64,000 nt of DNA. It comes from an uncultured Rhodospirillales bacterium (GTDB taxonomy: Bacteria; Pseudomonadota; Alphaproteobacteria; CAZRBL01). Below are positions 8,627 to 17,407 of this stretch, in pieces (position 1 is the first letter of the stretch; each line of letters begins with the position of its first letter). The stretch spans positions 4,981 through 68,980 of the forward strand of contig CAZRBL010000009.1 in assembly GCA_964598335.1 (NCBI GenBank), given 5' to 3'. The notes under the pieces are model-generated. The model had not been told where the DNA came from. It did not search any database and was given only the letters and a program-made list of their open reading frames with translations. The position numbers and the translations under genes were made by a program.

Positions 8627-11272
8627 TTAGGCCGTGCCGTTTCGCGTTCCTCCGCGCCGCAGCCGACGCCGGTTGAGCCAGTCAAGCGTTACCGGAAGCA
8701 CGATCAGCACGCAAATCAGGGCAAAGCCGATCGCGATGGCGAGAAGCTGTCCCATGCTGGCGGTCCCCCTGTGATCGGAGAGCATGAGGCTGCCGAAAGC
8801 GGCGATGGTGGTGAGCGTGCTGAAAAAGATCGCCCGCGGCGTCACGGTTTCGAGCGCGGCGATGCCGCTTTTCTCAGCCTGTCCGCGCAGGGCGATATGG
8901 ATGCCGCTGTCGATGCCGAGCCCGATCAGCAGCGGCAGAACGATGATATTGGCAAAGTTATAGGGCTGATCGATCAGCACCCCGGTCGCCGAGGTGAGTA
9001 TCCCGGCCATGGCAAGCGGCAGCAGGATCAGCAAGACCAGAAACCCGTCGCGCAAGAGCAGCCAGAGCAATGCGGCGACGACGATGATCGCCGTCGCGGT
9101 CGCCTGCAGCATCGCAAAGGAAACCGTCTCGCTCGATCCTTCAATGGTTCGCGCATCGCCGCTGACATCGGGCACTAATGCTGCTACCGCATCGACGAAC
9201 CGGGCTTGATCGACCGTCGAGCCGGCGTCGTCATGCGGCAGGATTTCGACGCGCGCTATTCCATCTTGATTGACGAAGCGCTGCCGGATCGTCGCCGGAA
9301 TGTCGTCGGCAACGACTTCTTCGGGCGTGAGCTGGGCGATCAGGCGGTCGACCGTATCCGGCCAGAAACGGAAAATCTGTCGCTGCGCTTCGGCCGCCAC
9401 TGATACGCCGCTGTCGAGGCTGTCGCGCAGTGTTTCAAGGGCCTGGCGGAGCCGGCGCGCCTCTTGATTGCCCTCGGCCGCTGCGAGGGTCTCGATCAAC
9501 CGGTCGATGGCGGGGATCAGGGATTCCTCGGTCGGCGGTGCTGCTTGACCCGGTTCGGCGATATCGAACAGCAGGCCGTCGGCGGTAAAACCGATAAGTT
9601 CGATTTTCAGCGCCTGATCCGCAGGCACGAAATCGCTCAAGGTGACCGCGCTTGCCACTTCGGGGATGTCTTTCAGCCGTGCGGCCAAGGCATCGGCGGC
9701 TTCCTGATCGGCTGCCAGCGCGTCGAGCCGGAAGACCGGCTGTCCGCCCTCATCGCGCAGCCGGTTGAAGGTCAGCACCGACGGGCTGGCCGGGTCGCGC
9801 AGGCTCATCGGATCGGCATCGAAACGGACCTGAGGCATCAGCCAGAGCGCGGCGAATGTCAGGACAATGGCAAGCACCGTCAGGGCGCCGCCGAAGCGGC
9901 GGACCAGCAGCGCCAGCAGCCCGCCGGACTTCGTCGGCTTGCGCCGCGGCTTCGGCGGCGGTGCAAGCACGGCAGCAGCGGCAATCAGCGCCATCGAGAC
10001 AATGAAGGTCAGCAACACGCCGGCACCGGCGATAATACCAAGCTGCGCCATGCCGATAAATTCCGTCGGCACGAAGGCGAGGAAGGCGAAGGCGGTGGTC
10101 GGCATGCACAGCGCCAGCGGCACGCCGACATCGCGGATCGCCCCGGGGACGGCATTGGCCGGACTCATGCCCTGCCGCAGCCTTTCCTGGACATGGAGCC
10201 CGAAATGGATCGCGAAATCGACGCCGAGCCCGAGCAGCAGCACCGTGAAGGCCACCGAAATCAGATTGAGCGCGCCGATGGTCAAGGCGGTGAAACCGGC
10301 GGTCAATGCCAGACCGCAGAGGATGACGGTAAAGGTGGTGATGGTGAACGCGGCAGACCGAAAAGCGAGGATCAAGAGCAGCGTCACGCAGATCAGCGAA
10401 AAGCCGAAGGACAGCCCGATGCCCTGGGTGACGGAGCGCAACTCCTCGGTACGCAGGGCCCATTTGCCGGTAATGCCGACTTCGACATCCCAGACGCCCT
10501 CTGTCTCCAATTCGGCCAGGGCCATCCGAATATCGCCAAGCGCGCGGCGCGCCGGCTGGATGTCGGAGAAATCGAGCTGCGGTCTGACATTGATCACGCG
10601 GATGACGGCGTCTTCTGTGCCGTTTGGATCGAGCAAGGCCTGCCAGGACAAGGGCCGCCTCTCTCCGGCCGCGGCGGCATCGATGCTCTCGGCCACGGCG
10701 CGATAGGCATTATCGAGCTCATCGCCGGTCATATCGATAGCGGGGCCGGCGTTGGCCGCCTGCGCGCTGACCTGGTTCAGTACGGTCAGCAGTCGCACCA
10801 GAGACGGATCCTGGCTCAACGCTGTCAGCAGCGATGCAGCGCGGTTGATCTGTGATAGACGGGCCTCGAGATCGGCAATGTTCAGAAACAGCAGACCGCG
10901 GCTGGCAAAAAACGGATCGCCGGCGGCAAAGAAGACATCCTCCATGCTCTCGAAATCGTTCAGCCGCTCGCTCAGGCGGGAGGAGAACGCATCGGCTTCG
11001 TCGGCGGAGTCGGCGGCGACAACGATGATGATGTTGTTGGCCGCTTCGGGAAAAGCGTCGTTGAAGGCCTGCTGCGCCTGGCGATAGGGAAGCTCCGGCG
11101 CCAGCATATTGCTGGTCTCGGCATCAATGCGCAGATTCTGCGCCGCATAGACCATGCTCAGCGCCGACAGGCCGAGCACCAGCGTCGCAATCAGCCGCGG
11201 ATGTCGCGTCACAATGCCGACAAAGCCGAGAAGCGCCGCTTCGATCAGCCGCAAGGTCGCATTCTGTTTCAT
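8627..11272 (-). CDS. MMPL/RND-superfamily exporter, HpnN-like (hopanoid-associated RND transporter family).
   Basis: 881 aa. Two 6-TM bundles separated by periplasmic loops, N-terminal MKQNATLRLIEAALLGFVGIVTRHPRLIATLVL, overall COG1033/HpnN architecture. The HpnN assignment is by resemblance only. Confidence 0.55.
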   Translation of the reverse strand: MKQNATLRLIEAALLGFVGIVTRHPRLIATLVLGLSALSMVYAAQNLRIDAETSNMLAPELPYRQAQQAFNDAFPEAANNIIIVVAADSADEADAFSSRLSERLNDFESMEDVFFAAGDPFFASRGLLFLNIADLEARLSQINRAASLLTALSQDPSLVRLLTVLNQVSAQAANAGPAIDMTGDELDNAYRAVAESIDAAAAGERRPLSWQALLDPNGTEDAVIRVINVRPQLDFSDIQPARRALGDIRMALAELETEGVWDVEVGITGKWALRTEELRSVTQGIGLSFGFSLICVTLLLILAFRSAAFTITTFTVILCGLALTAGFTALTIGALNLISVAFTVLLLGLGVDFAIHFGLHVQERLRQGMSPANAVPGAIRDVGVPLALCMPTTAFAFLAFVPTEFIGMAQLGIIAGAGVLLTFIVSMALIAAAAVLAPPPKPRRKPTKSGGLLALLVRRFGGALTVLAIVLTFAALWLMPQVRFDADPMSLRDPASPSVLTFNRLRDEGGQPVFRLDALAADQEAADALAARLKDIPEVASAVTLSDFVPADQALKIELIGFTADGLLFDIAEPGQAAPPTEESLIPAIDRLIETLAAAEGNQEARRLRQALETLRDSLDSGVSVAAEAQRQIFRFWPDTVDRLIAQLTPEEVVADDIPATIRQRFVNQDGIARVEILPHDDAGSTVDQARFVDAVAALVPDVSGDARTIEGSSETVSFAMLQATATAIIVVAALLWLLLRDGFLVLLILLPLAMAGILTSATGVLIDQPYNFANIIVLPLLIGLGIDSGIHIALRGQAEKSGIAALETVTPRAIFFSTLTTIAAFGSLMLSDHRGTASMGQLLAIAIGFALICVLIVLPVTLDWLNRRRLRRGGTRNGTA

Positions 11273-11455
11273 GAATTCCGGGTCGCGTCGTTCTTCAATG
11301 AGGGCGAGCGAAGGCAGGCGGCTTTATCGGAGCCGCCCGGCAAGGCGGATAACCCGCAGGTTCGAGATGCGAGCTCCTCTCCTTCGCCGAAGCTGAAGGC
11401 CGCAGTTCTGTTGATGGATCGGAACCGTGCGTATTCATGGCGGTGACGAAACGCT

Positions 11456-12235
11456 TTAGACTGCGAGATAGCCGCCGTCGATGACCAGGCTGGTGCCGGT
11501 TATGAAGGAAGCTTCATCAGAGGCGAGAAAAGCGACCCCGTCGGCAATATCGGATGGCCGGCCGAGCCGTCCGATGGGGTGGAAGGCGACAAAACTCTGC
11601 ATCGCCTGATCGGCATCTTCGCCGGTCGATTTGGCGGCGAATTCGCGTGCCATGTCGGTTTCGATCAGGCCGGGATGGACGCTGTTGACGCGGATATTGA
11701 GCCCGTGATGACCGCAATAGACCGCCGCATTGCGGGACAGCGCGACCACGCCTGCCTTGCTCGCATTATAGGCGCACATCACCGGTGTGCCGGCAAAGGC
11801 GCCGACCGAGGAGATATTCACGATGCTGCCGCCGCCCGAGCGCCGCATCGCCTTGATCGCGCCCTGGGTGCCGAGAAACGCACCGTCGAGATTGACCGCC
11901 AACATGCGCCTCCATTCGGCGAAGCTGACATGCTCGATATCCTTGTCATCGCCCAGCGCGGCGTTATTGACGAGGATGTCAAGCCCGCCGAAACGATCCT
12001 CGGCGCGCGCAAAAACGGCATCCCATTGTTCCGGCTCGGCAACATCATGCGCCAGCGTGGCAGCCCTGTCGCCGTCACTCTTGAGCGCCTGTGCCGTTGC
12101 GGCGACGGTATCGGCATCGATATCGGTCAGCAGCACCGATGCGCCCTCGGCGATAAACTTTTCGACAATGGCGCGCCCGATTCCGCGGGCGGCACCGGTG
12201 ACGATTGCCGTCTTGCCCTCCAGCCGCTTCATCAT
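11456..12235 (-). CDS. SDR-family oxidoreductase (short-chain dehydrogenase/reductase).
   Basis: TGAARGIGRAI Rossmann motif, NNAA motif, catalytic Y-x3-K (YNASKAG). Confidence 0.8.
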   Translation of the reverse strand: MMKRLEGKTAIVTGAARGIGRAIVEKFIAEGASVLLTDIDADTVAATAQALKSDGDRAATLAHDVAEPEQWDAVFARAEDRFGGLDILVNNAALGDDKDIEHVSFAEWRRMLAVNLDGAFLGTQGAIKAMRRSGGGSIVNISSVGAFAGTPVMCAYNASKAGVVALSRNAAVYCGHHGLNIRVNSVHPGLIETDMAREFAAKSTGEDADQAMQSFVAFHPIGRLGRPSDIADGVAFLASDEASFITGTSLVIDGGYLAV

Positions 12236-12685
12236 CTAGCCGGCGGCCTTGGTGATCGTATAGATCAGAGCGAGATTACCATCGAAATCGATAATCGCCT
12301 GCTCGCGACCTTCGCGCCCGTCCTGGGTCACCAGTTTGTATTCATCGAAGACCTTGAGCCCGGCATCGCGGGCGGCCTCAGCGGTGCCGTCGAAATCGTC
12401 GGTATGAACGACGATTGCGCTGCGGCGGGGCACGGCCATGTCCGGCAATTCACCGCCCTGGACTTCCGTTAGCGCCATGCAGCGCGGCTGCTCGGCGGTG
12501 CTCAGCACGGCAAAGCGGATCGCTTTCGACCGATCGATCTCGAAGACCGGATAGGAATAGGAATCCTCCTTGGACTGCTTGATGAATTCGACGCTGAAAC
12601 CGAGAATGTCACGATAGAAGGTAAAGGCGCGTTCGAGATCGCTGACGAGGTAATTTGCCCGTTGAAACCGGATATTCTTGGCCAT
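12236..12685 (-). CDS. VOC/glyoxalase-family protein (149 aa).
   Basis: Start trimmed to MAKNIRFQRANYLVSDLERAFTFYRDILGFSV (cat at 12683-12685). The upstream part of the long ORF is just the translation of the palindromic repeat (PVHPCTPAPPP). Confidence 0.6.
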   Translation of the reverse strand: MAKNIRFQRANYLVSDLERAFTFYRDILGFSVEFIKQSKEDSYSYPVFEIDRSKAIRFAVLSTAEQPRCMALTEVQGGELPDMAVPRRSAIVVHTDDFDGTAEAARDAGLKVFDEYKLVTQDGREGREQAIIDFDGNLALIYTITKAAG

Positions 12686-12820
12686 TCTTTGGCTCCTGTC
12701 GAAGGTATGGCGAAAACGCCGACGCCGTTTGGGTATAGCAGGCGGCAGCCGGCTGAAAAGATCGTCCCTCGCCGCTACAGCACTATCGAGGCGATGAGAG
12801 CGTTTTCGTTTGTTTTTGAT

Positions 12821-12904
12821 CCGGTCCACCCCTGCACCCCCGCCCCGCCTCCCCGGACAGGATAATTGCGGGGGAGGCGGGGCGGGGGTGCAGGGGTGGA
12901 CCGG
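12821..12904. repeat. Family-1 palindromic repeat element: 34-bp perfect inverted arms (CCGGTCCACCCCTGCACCCCCGCCCCGCCTCCCC / GGGGAGGCGGGGCGGGGGTGCAGGGGTGGACCGG) around a 16-bp loop.
   Basis: Read directly. Sits in the divergent promoter region between two VOC genes. Related copies at 27665-27748 and 56956-56990. Confidence 0.9.
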
Positions 12905-12939
12905 AATGATCGGGAAATACTCTAGCAAAGGATCACAGA

Positions 12940-13404
12940 ATGAAAAACATCGTCAAACGAACCACGGTGCTGGTCCGCGACATGGCCGTCGCCATGCGCT
13001 GGTATGAACAGGTGCTGGGGATGACGAAATGGTATGATCATCAGGTCACCCTGTCCGGCATGGGCATTCCGGCCGGCAATGAGGGCGACGTCACCCATCT
13101 GGTAATCATGAAATGCGAGGACCCGACCATCGGCATGATCGGGCTGTTGCAATTCATCGATCCGCCGCTTCCCGCACCGAACGAAACGCCGACCCGGGTC
13201 ACCTATGGCCAACCGACCTTTGTCATCAGCACCGATGATGTTGAAGAACTCTACCGCCGTGCGGTGGCGTTCGGCGCGCATATTCACAGCGGTGTGCGCG
13301 ACATGACCGTCACCGGCGCCGATGGAAAGCCCAAGGTGATGAAATCCATCAGTATCTTCGACCCTGACGGTCACTTTTTTGAGTGCAATCAGTTTGTCGG
13401 CTAA
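12940..13404 (+). CDS. VOC/glyoxalase-family protein (154 aa).
   Basis: MKNIVKRTTVLVRDMAVAMRWYEQVLGM, a typical VOC N-terminus. Ends ...DPDGHFFECNQFVG. Confidence 0.6.
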   Translation: MKNIVKRTTVLVRDMAVAMRWYEQVLGMTKWYDHQVTLSGMGIPAGNEGDVTHLVIMKCEDPTIGMIGLLQFIDPPLPAPNETPTRVTYGQPTFVISTDDVEELYRRAVAFGAHIHSGVRDMTVTGADGKPKVMKSISIFDPDGHFFECNQFVG

Positions 13405-13452
13405 TCGCCCGGCCGTCTCCGCACCTCGCGCCTCACGCGGACGCTTGACCGC

Positions 13453-14358
13453 TTACCTGTCGAGAAACTCCCGGGTCAGCTCGGCCAGGGTTTCGGGATG
13501 CAGATCGAAGATCGAACCCGTCATTTCCTCGCGATAAATATGCTCGGCATTGGGCAGATAATCCTGCGCCGCTTTGGTTTCGTCCTTGAGCGAGCCATTG
13601 ATTGAAATCAGCCGCACCGGCTGCTCGACCAGTTTCAGCCGTTCCTCGGCGGGCCAGGTGAAGACCGCATTATAGGCCCACCAGGAGAACGGATAGGATT
13701 GCATGAGATCGGCGAAATGTTCCTGCGCGCGTTCCAGCGATACACCGTTCTTCAGGGCATATTCGACAAACTCCCATTTCGGGCCGAGATGGCTGCCGTC
13801 GGCCTTGATCTCGTCGGGGACGGTGGTGCGCTCGAGCGTCGCCTGTCGCGCGTCGCCGAGATAGAATGGCACGCCCGGCAACACCAGACGGCGTACCTTG
13901 TCCGGATAGGCGGCGGCCAACTCGGCGGCGATGAACGTGCCTGTATGATAGCCCATCGCATCGACCGGCCGGTCGATATAGCCGAGCGCATCCAAAGCCG
14001 CAGCGCCGGCAGCGGCGTAATCGGCGATGGTCGGCATTTCCGGCGGCCGCGCCGAAGCGCCGAAGCCCGGCGTGTCCATTGCGATCACCGTGCGGTCGGT
14101 CGCGATATGCGGGATAAACGGCAAATAGTAATCGCTCGAATACGGAGTCGAGTGGAACAGGATCAGCGGGGTTTTCAGATTGGTCTCGGCAACGCCGATC
14201 GGCTTGGCGATGCGGACATGAATCTGACCGAAGGGCCCGTCGACAAATTGCCGCCTGATCTCGATGCCGCTTTGCTCTGCGGCGGCGCTGCCTGTGATCG
14301 GCGCGGTAACGATGGCGGCCATCAGCGGCCAGGCGGGCAAAGCGAAGAAGCGGCGCAT
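13453..14358 (-). CDS. Secreted alpha/beta-hydrolase-fold protein.
   Basis: Start trimmed to MRRFFALPAWPLMAAIVTAPITGSAAA (signal peptide; cat at 14356-14358). Nucleophile elbow GYHTG in an a/b-hydrolase context. Confidence 0.55.
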   Translation of the reverse strand: MRRFFALPAWPLMAAIVTAPITGSAAAEQSGIEIRRQFVDGPFGQIHVRIAKPIGVAETNLKTPLILFHSTPYSSDYYLPFIPHIATDRTVIAMDTPGFGASARPPEMPTIADYAAAGAAALDALGYIDRPVDAMGYHTGTFIAAELAAAYPDKVRRLVLPGVPFYLGDARQATLERTTVPDEIKADGSHLGPKWEFVEYALKNGVSLERAQEHFADLMQSYPFSWWAYNAVFTWPAEERLKLVEQPVRLISINGSLKDETKAAQDYLPNAEHIYREEMTGSIFDLHPETLAELTREFLDR

Positions 14359-14488
14359 AGGAGATTTCCCTGAGTTTGAATTCAATCGACAAGCATAATC
14401 CCGGCGCAAGGCCCTTGTCGATGCACCGCCTTATCCGGCATGAGATGGCCGGTTATACCCCGTCATTGGAACATTTTTCGCCATTCCC

Positions 14489-15505
14489 TTGTTTTCCCAA
14501 GTTTCCGATGTTCCCGCATGGGCCCGGTCCAGGGCGCAGGGGACGGCGCTGGCTGTCGTCATCGCCATCGCTGCGGCCTTTATCAGCGAGCATCATGGCG
14601 GCCCGGCGATGCTCTATGCGCTGCTCGCCGGAGCGGCGTTCAACGCTCTGTCCAGGGATGCCGCTTTCGCACCGGGCATCGGCTTTTCCGCCTCAGCGGT
14701 GCTTCGTTTCGGCATCGCTCTGCTCGGCGCGCGGATTGTTCTGGGTGATTATGTTGCGCTCGGTCTGGCGCCGACACTGCTGGTGCTGGCCGGGCTGGTC
14801 GCGGCGCTGGTCGGCGGCTGGGCGCTGGCGCGGGCGGTCGGGCTGCGCTCGGACCATGCGGCGCTGACGGCCGGCGCGGTGTCGATCTGCGGCGCCTCGG
14901 CGGCGCTGGCGATTTCGGCCGTCTTGCCCAAGCGCGCCGACAGCGAGGGCAATACGCTGATGACGGTGATCGGCGTGACGACGCTCAGCACTGTGGCGAT
15001 GATCCTCTATCCGTTGCTGGCCGGTGTGTTGGACATGACCGATATGGCCGCCGGGCTGTTCATGGGCGCCAGCATTCACGATGTGGCGCAGGTTGTCGGT
15101 GCCGGTTACAGCGTTTCCGATCCGGCGGGTGAGACGGCGACCATGGTCAAATTGTTGCGCGTTGCCTGTTTGCTGCCGGTCGTTCTGATCCTGGCGCTGA
15201 TCTTCGCGGCGCCCGCTGCCGACGGCGAGGGCGGCAAGCGTCCCTTGCCGAGGCCGCCGCTTTTCCTTGTCGCCTTCGTGATCATCATGATCCTGAACAG
15301 CGTCGGTATCGTTCCGGCGGCGGTCAGCGAGGCGGCCGGCGATGTCTCGCGCTGGTGCCTGCTGGTCGCGGTCGCGGCGCTGGGGGTGAAAACCTCCTTG
15401 CCCGACATCATGCGGGTCGGCCCCAAGGCGCTGGCGGCAATGGGTCTGCAGACGATCTGGCTGGCCGGTTTCGTACTCGCCGGAATTATGGTGCTAGGGC
15501 TTTAG
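14489..15505 (+). CDS. YeiH/UPF0324-family inner-membrane protein (putative sulfate exporter family).
   Basis: 338 aa polytopic membrane protein. Motifs ...GIGFSASAVLRFGIALLGARI... and ...AVLPKRADSEGNTLMTVIGVTTLSTVAMILYP... resemble YeiH. Confidence 0.55.
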   Translation: MFSQVSDVPAWARSRAQGTALAVVIAIAAAFISEHHGGPAMLYALLAGAAFNALSRDAAFAPGIGFSASAVLRFGIALLGARIVLGDYVALGLAPTLLVLAGLVAALVGGWALARAVGLRSDHAALTAGAVSICGASAALAISAVLPKRADSEGNTLMTVIGVTTLSTVAMILYPLLAGVLDMTDMAAGLFMGASIHDVAQVVGAGYSVSDPAGETATMVKLLRVACLLPVVLILALIFAAPAADGEGGKRPLPRPPLFLVAFVIIMILNSVGIVPAAVSEAAGDVSRWCLLVAVAALGVKTSLPDIMRVGPKALAAMGLQTIWLAGFVLAGIMVLGL

Positions 15506-16136
15506 TGCACTCTGCTGCTGCATCTGGCAGGGCTGTGACCGGTGTCGCGATCGTGACGGCGCCGCTGGTGCGGGAGATCACCCCCAGCGCTTCCGGCCCG
15601 GTTCCGGTCATGCGAAACACCGGGCCGCCCGAGGCGCCGGGGCTTGCCGGGCAGCGCAGGCTGAAATCGCCGTCCGCGCGCATGGTGACGAGCACCTCGC
15701 AGGTCGTGCGGCGCAGCACGTGCACGCTGGGGCTGCCATAGCCCCAGATCTCGACGCTCTCACCCTGCTGCGGCGGCGTTTCCGCAAGCGGAAAGGCCTC
15801 GGCATCGACGGCCTGATCGTCGAGACAGAGCGCCATGATGTCGGCTCCGCCTTGCGGCAGGAGCACGTCTCCCACGGGCAGCGCCTGATCCCAGATGCCG
15901 CGATCATAACCGAGCACAAGGAAGAGCGGGCTGTTGAGCCCCGCATTAAGGCAATGCGCGGCGGTCAGGGCGGTATCCTGCGCGATCAGCCAGGCTGTGC
16001 AGTGTTGGCGGCGGTTGTAGCCGGCCTGGTTGAGCCTGCCGACGCTCTCATGCGCTTGCGATTGTACCTCTTGCGGGGTAACCGGCTGCGGAAGCAGCAG
16101 CACCAGCATGAGAAGGGCGGACAGAATTATGGGCAT
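15486..16136 (-). CDS. Secreted trypsin-like serine protease (S1 family).
   Basis: Catalytic His in TAAHC and Ser in GASGGPV. Signal peptide from MPIILSALLMLVLLL (cat at 16134-16136). Its start overlaps the fabI start by 8 nt on the opposite strand. Confidence 0.6.
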   Translation of the reverse strand: MPIILSALLMLVLLLPQPVTPQEVQSQAHESVGRLNQAGYNRRQHCTAWLIAQDTALTAAHCLNAGLNSPLFLVLGYDRGIWDQALPVGDVLLPQGGADIMALCLDDQAVDAEAFPLAETPPQQGESVEIWGYGSPSVHVLRRTTCEVLVTMRADGDFSLRCPASPGASGGPVFRMTGTGPEALGVISRTSGAVTIATPVTALPDAAAECTKALAP

Positions 16137-16893
16137 TTTGGCGGGAAAACGCGGTTTGGTGATCGGCATCGCCAATGATTTAAGCCTCGCCTATGGCTGT
16201 GCGAAGGCATTTCGGGCCGCCGGGGCGGAATTGGCTGTCACCTATCTGAATGAAAAGGCCGACCCTTATGTGCGGCCGCTCGCCGAAGCGGTCGATGCTG
16301 CGCTGATCCTGCCCTGCGATTACCGGATTGAGGGCCAGATCGAGGCGGTATTCGAGACCATCGCGCGAGAGTGGGGCAGGCTCGATTTCCTGTTGCATGC
16401 GGTCGCTTTTGCGCCGCGCGAGGATTTGCATGCGCGCGTCATCGATTGCAGCCGCGACGGCTTTCTGATGGCGATGGATATCTCTTGCCACAGTTTCATC
16501 CGTACGGCCCGGCTGGCCGAGCCGCTGATGAAAGAGGGCGGCTGTCTTCAGACCATCACCTTTTACGGCTCCGAGCGCGTTGTCGAAGATTACAATCTGA
16601 TGGGGCCGGTAAAAGCGGCGCTTGAGAGCAGCGTACGCTATCTCGCCGCCGAGCTGGCGGAAAAGGGCATCCGCGTGCATGCGCTTTCTCCCGGCCCGGT
16701 GCTGACCCGCGCCGCATCGGGCATCGCCCGCTTCGACGCGATGCTCGACCGTGCCCGCGACCAGGCACCGGCGCATCAACTCGTCACCCCCGAGGATGTC
16801 GGCGCCCTGGCCACCTTCCTCGCCAGCGACGGTGCCGTCAAGATGACCGGCAATGTCGAATATATCGACGCCGGCCTGCACGCGATGGAATAG
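16129..16893 (+). CDS. fabI: Enoyl-[acyl-carrier-protein] reductase (NADH) FabI.
   Basis: Start trimmed to MGILAGKRGLVIGIANDLSLAYGCAKAF (atg at 16129). FabI signature motifs follow; 254 aa. Confidence 0.85.
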   Translation: MGILAGKRGLVIGIANDLSLAYGCAKAFRAAGAELAVTYLNEKADPYVRPLAEAVDAALILPCDYRIEGQIEAVFETIAREWGRLDFLLHAVAFAPREDLHARVIDCSRDGFLMAMDISCHSFIRTARLAEPLMKEGGCLQTITFYGSERVVEDYNLMGPVKAALESSVRYLAAELAEKGIRVHALSPGPVLTRAASGIARFDAMLDRARDQAPAHQLVTPEDVGALATFLASDGAVKMTGNVEYIDAGLHAME

Positions 16894-16916
16894 GAGCCCG
16901 AAATGCAGCGGTTGTT

Positions 16917-17390
16917 TCAGGCCTCGTCTTTCAGAGCATTTTGGAGCACCGCCAAGGCGGCCGTGTAGCGCTTGCTCAGGGACGCGGCCTTTTCCGGCGG
17001 CAATTGTTCGAGCCGCACCGGATTTGCATTGTCCGTCAGATCGGCAATCTTGACCCGCATGGCTGATTTCAGACCGGATTTGGCCAAAGCATCCATGCGC
17101 TGCGCATAGCTCTGGGTGCCATCGTCCCGCTTTGTCACCGCAAGGACCGTTTCGATGATCTTTGGCGAGTAACCTCGCGCTTTCAGCTCGGCGACGGTCA
17201 CACCGCAATCCTCCACCACATCATGCAGCCAGGCCGCATGGATTTCCTCTTCGGTGGCGTCGGGGAAAAGCGTGACGAGGTTCTGCGCAACGCGGCTTAC
17301 ATGCCCGATATAGGGCCGGCCTGCCTTGTCTGTCTGGCCATTATGAAGGGCTGTTGCCCACTTAATGGTGTCCTTGATTGATGGCGGCAC
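16917..17390 (-). CDS. HD-domain protein (small metal-dependent phosphohydrolase).
   Basis: H...HD motif (AWLHDVVED) within 157 aa. Confidence 0.6.
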   Translation of the reverse strand: MPPSIKDTIKWATALHNGQTDKAGRPYIGHVSRVAQNLVTLFPDATEEEIHAAWLHDVVEDCGVTVAELKARGYSPKIIETVLAVTKRDDGTQSYAQRMDALAKSGLKSAMRVKIADLTDNANPVRLEQLPPEKAASLSKRYTAALAVLQNALKDEA

Positions 17391-17407
17391 GCTCTGGTGA
17401 AACTTCC

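Noticed and set aside
9464-10855. 463-aa and 279-aa plus-strand ORFs inside the RND transporter gene.
   Set aside because: Composition is extremely biased (Arg/Gly/Asp/Gln runs) and the translation is non-protein-like. The minus-strand MMPL gene explains the region.
12236-12928. 5' extension of the VOC gene to Met at 12928. The same issue applies to ORFs 12662-12865 and 12810-13007.
   Set aside because: The extension is simply the translation of the family-1 palindrome (PVHPCTPAPPP / GGGAGVQGWTG). The conserved VOC N-terminus starts at the internal MAKNIRF.
16180-17208. 342-aa minus-strand ORF overlapping fabI.
   Set aside because: It is antisense to a confidently identified fabI, and its translation is Arg/Gly-rich and low-complexity.
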